DNA of 63,998 bases, the filler included, from Basidiobolus ranarum (Eukaryota), in NCBI GenBank assembly GCA_040143965.1. It is 8 parts of 8 records of this genome, joined end to end, with 100 filler letters (N's around TTAATTAATTAA, not from the genome) between each part and the next. Parts side by side here need not be neighbours in the genome. Positions count along the whole stretch, not along the records: positions 56,801 to 63,998 come from JASJQH010001164.1; 7 more parts are not named here. One strand, written 5' to 3'. The notes under the pieces were generated by a model. That model did not search any database and was not told the origin of the DNA. It saw only the letters and a program-made list of their open reading frames with translations. How positions within the stretch are numbered: the first letter of the stretch is position 1; each line of letters opens with the position of its first letter. Made by a program: the position numbers and the translations under genes. Of the stretch, positions 62,801-63,998 are shown piece by piece.

Positions 62801-63998
62801 GTTCCTCCATGGAGTCATCATCACTAAGCTCGTACTCGTTCCATTCTATGCCCTCTGCGCATTTTACTATTTGGAGGCCACTCAAATGTTGATATCCGGC
62901 TGTCGAGAATAGTATAGTGGTACGGAGGATTGGATTCACACAAACAACAGCTTGCCATGCAGATTTGAACCTGTCAATATCCAAACTGGATTGGCAACGG
63001 TACACTTGCTGTGTAAGGTAGCTTGAATCATCTTTCAAGCCGAGGGCAATGAGTGCTTCCTGCAGAGGAGAGCACGGATATATATCTTCAACCTGTGACA
63101 ATTCAATACTGTTAGATGTGAGGTCCTGATGGAAGATATGCTGAAGTTCATCCTCATTCAATCCAAGAAGGGAGTATCTTTCTATAGATTTAATTGTTTT
63201 ATAATCCGAGTCTAGGACTACACTTGCGTCCGCAATCTCCGCAATAGTGGGGTGTTCATATAGATCCTGCACAGTTAGCCCGAGCCCGACCTGGTGAGCA
63301 GCACCTACGAGCCTGATAGCAAGAATAGAGTCACCGCCAAGACTGAAGAACGAGTCGTGAATACCGATAGACGTTTCAGGAATATTCAGTAACGATGACC
63401 ATAGAGATGCCCAAACCCGTTCATCTGGTGTGCGAGCAGCAACATAACTGTTGCTATCGGATGCGTTCAAAGCTTTCAGCTCCTCCTTACTAATAGTCTC
63501 ATAGAAGGAGACTAAGAAACGACGATCAATCTTTTCGCTGGAGGTAGTGGGCAGCCTATTAAGTGGTACCCATATTGTTGGTACCATGTAAGAAGGAAGT
63601 CTTTTCTTAACCATATTCCTGACTTCATCAATATGTGAGGCCGCTTGAGCAATATTATTTCCGCCAAGCAAACTCACCACGGGGTCGTTGTCAATTAGAT
63701 CAAAGAAGGTCACGTATGCAGCAAGGGCTTTGCGATTTGAACTGGAGTCAACAACTAAAGGAAGAACACAGGCTCTTGCGACATTTGAGTGATCATAGAG
63801 TGCATGCTCTATCTCATCCAACTCGATTCGTAAACCATGAAGCTTGATTTGATTGTCCTTCCTGCCGATTAATTCCACGGATCCGTCAGCATTGAAATGA
63901 GCAAGGTCACCGGTGCGGTATAGTAATGTTCCGGGAGCAAATGGGTTTGTTACGAAAGCTTTTTGTGTAAGGTCTGGGCGATTGAGATATCCACGAGC
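56801..63998 (-). CDS. Multimodular NRPS fragment: (A)-T-C-A-T-E-C-(A); intron 57312-57407; truncated at both ends
   Basis: T domains FFSLGGDSI (~63330) and FYQLGGDSI (~60070). C domains HHSLYDG and HHGILDA. E domain HHYIIDLVSW with EGHGRE, RTVGWFT and FNYLGR. A domain YTSGSTGTPKG, NAYGPTE, YRTGDL and GRKDNQIKLHGLRIEL. The intron fuses the 2188-aa and 175-aa ORFs in frame. Confidence 0.95.

Noticed and set aside
5637-63998. A biosynthetic gene cluster made of the NRPS, TE fragments, GGT, transporters and transcription factors
   Set aside because: These lie on different, size-sorted contigs joined by artificial spacers.

Overview
This is eukaryotic DNA from a fungus: AT-rich, with short GT-AG introns. 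It is probably an early-diverging lineage, and Basidiobolus is a guess from gene content only. The window is not one locus. Eight ~8 kb contigs, sorted by decreasing length, are joined by artificial 100-bp N44-TTAATTAATTAA-N44 spacers, so neighbourhoods across spacers mean nothing. Contigs 1-2 and patches of 3, 6 and 7 are transposon graveyards almost devoid of CpG. They hold CACTA/Transposase_21 relics and two Ty1/copia families with a GGTTATGAGCCC primer site, including a nested same-family insertion and a solo LTR with intact TSD. The other regions carry host genes: PHO84, a CNT transporter, an SSK1-like regulator, RNPS1, a dual-specificity phosphatase, an auxilin/SWA2-like protein, GGT, an Msn2/Seb1-like C2H2 factor, a Rua1/Meu26-like protein, DCAF4/WDR21, and a fragment of a multi-module NRPS with an epimerase domain. 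The most notable items are: a secreted intronless bacterial-type CHAP peptidoglycan hydrolase; two decayed copies of an atromentin/quinone-synthetase-type thioesterase; two secreted proteins with a Kunitz/beta-trefoil-like motif; a 3-nt micro-exon in GGT; a start codon split by an intron in RNPS1; and sharply bounded CpG loss that spreads into a host gene. All family calls come from motif recognition, not database searches.
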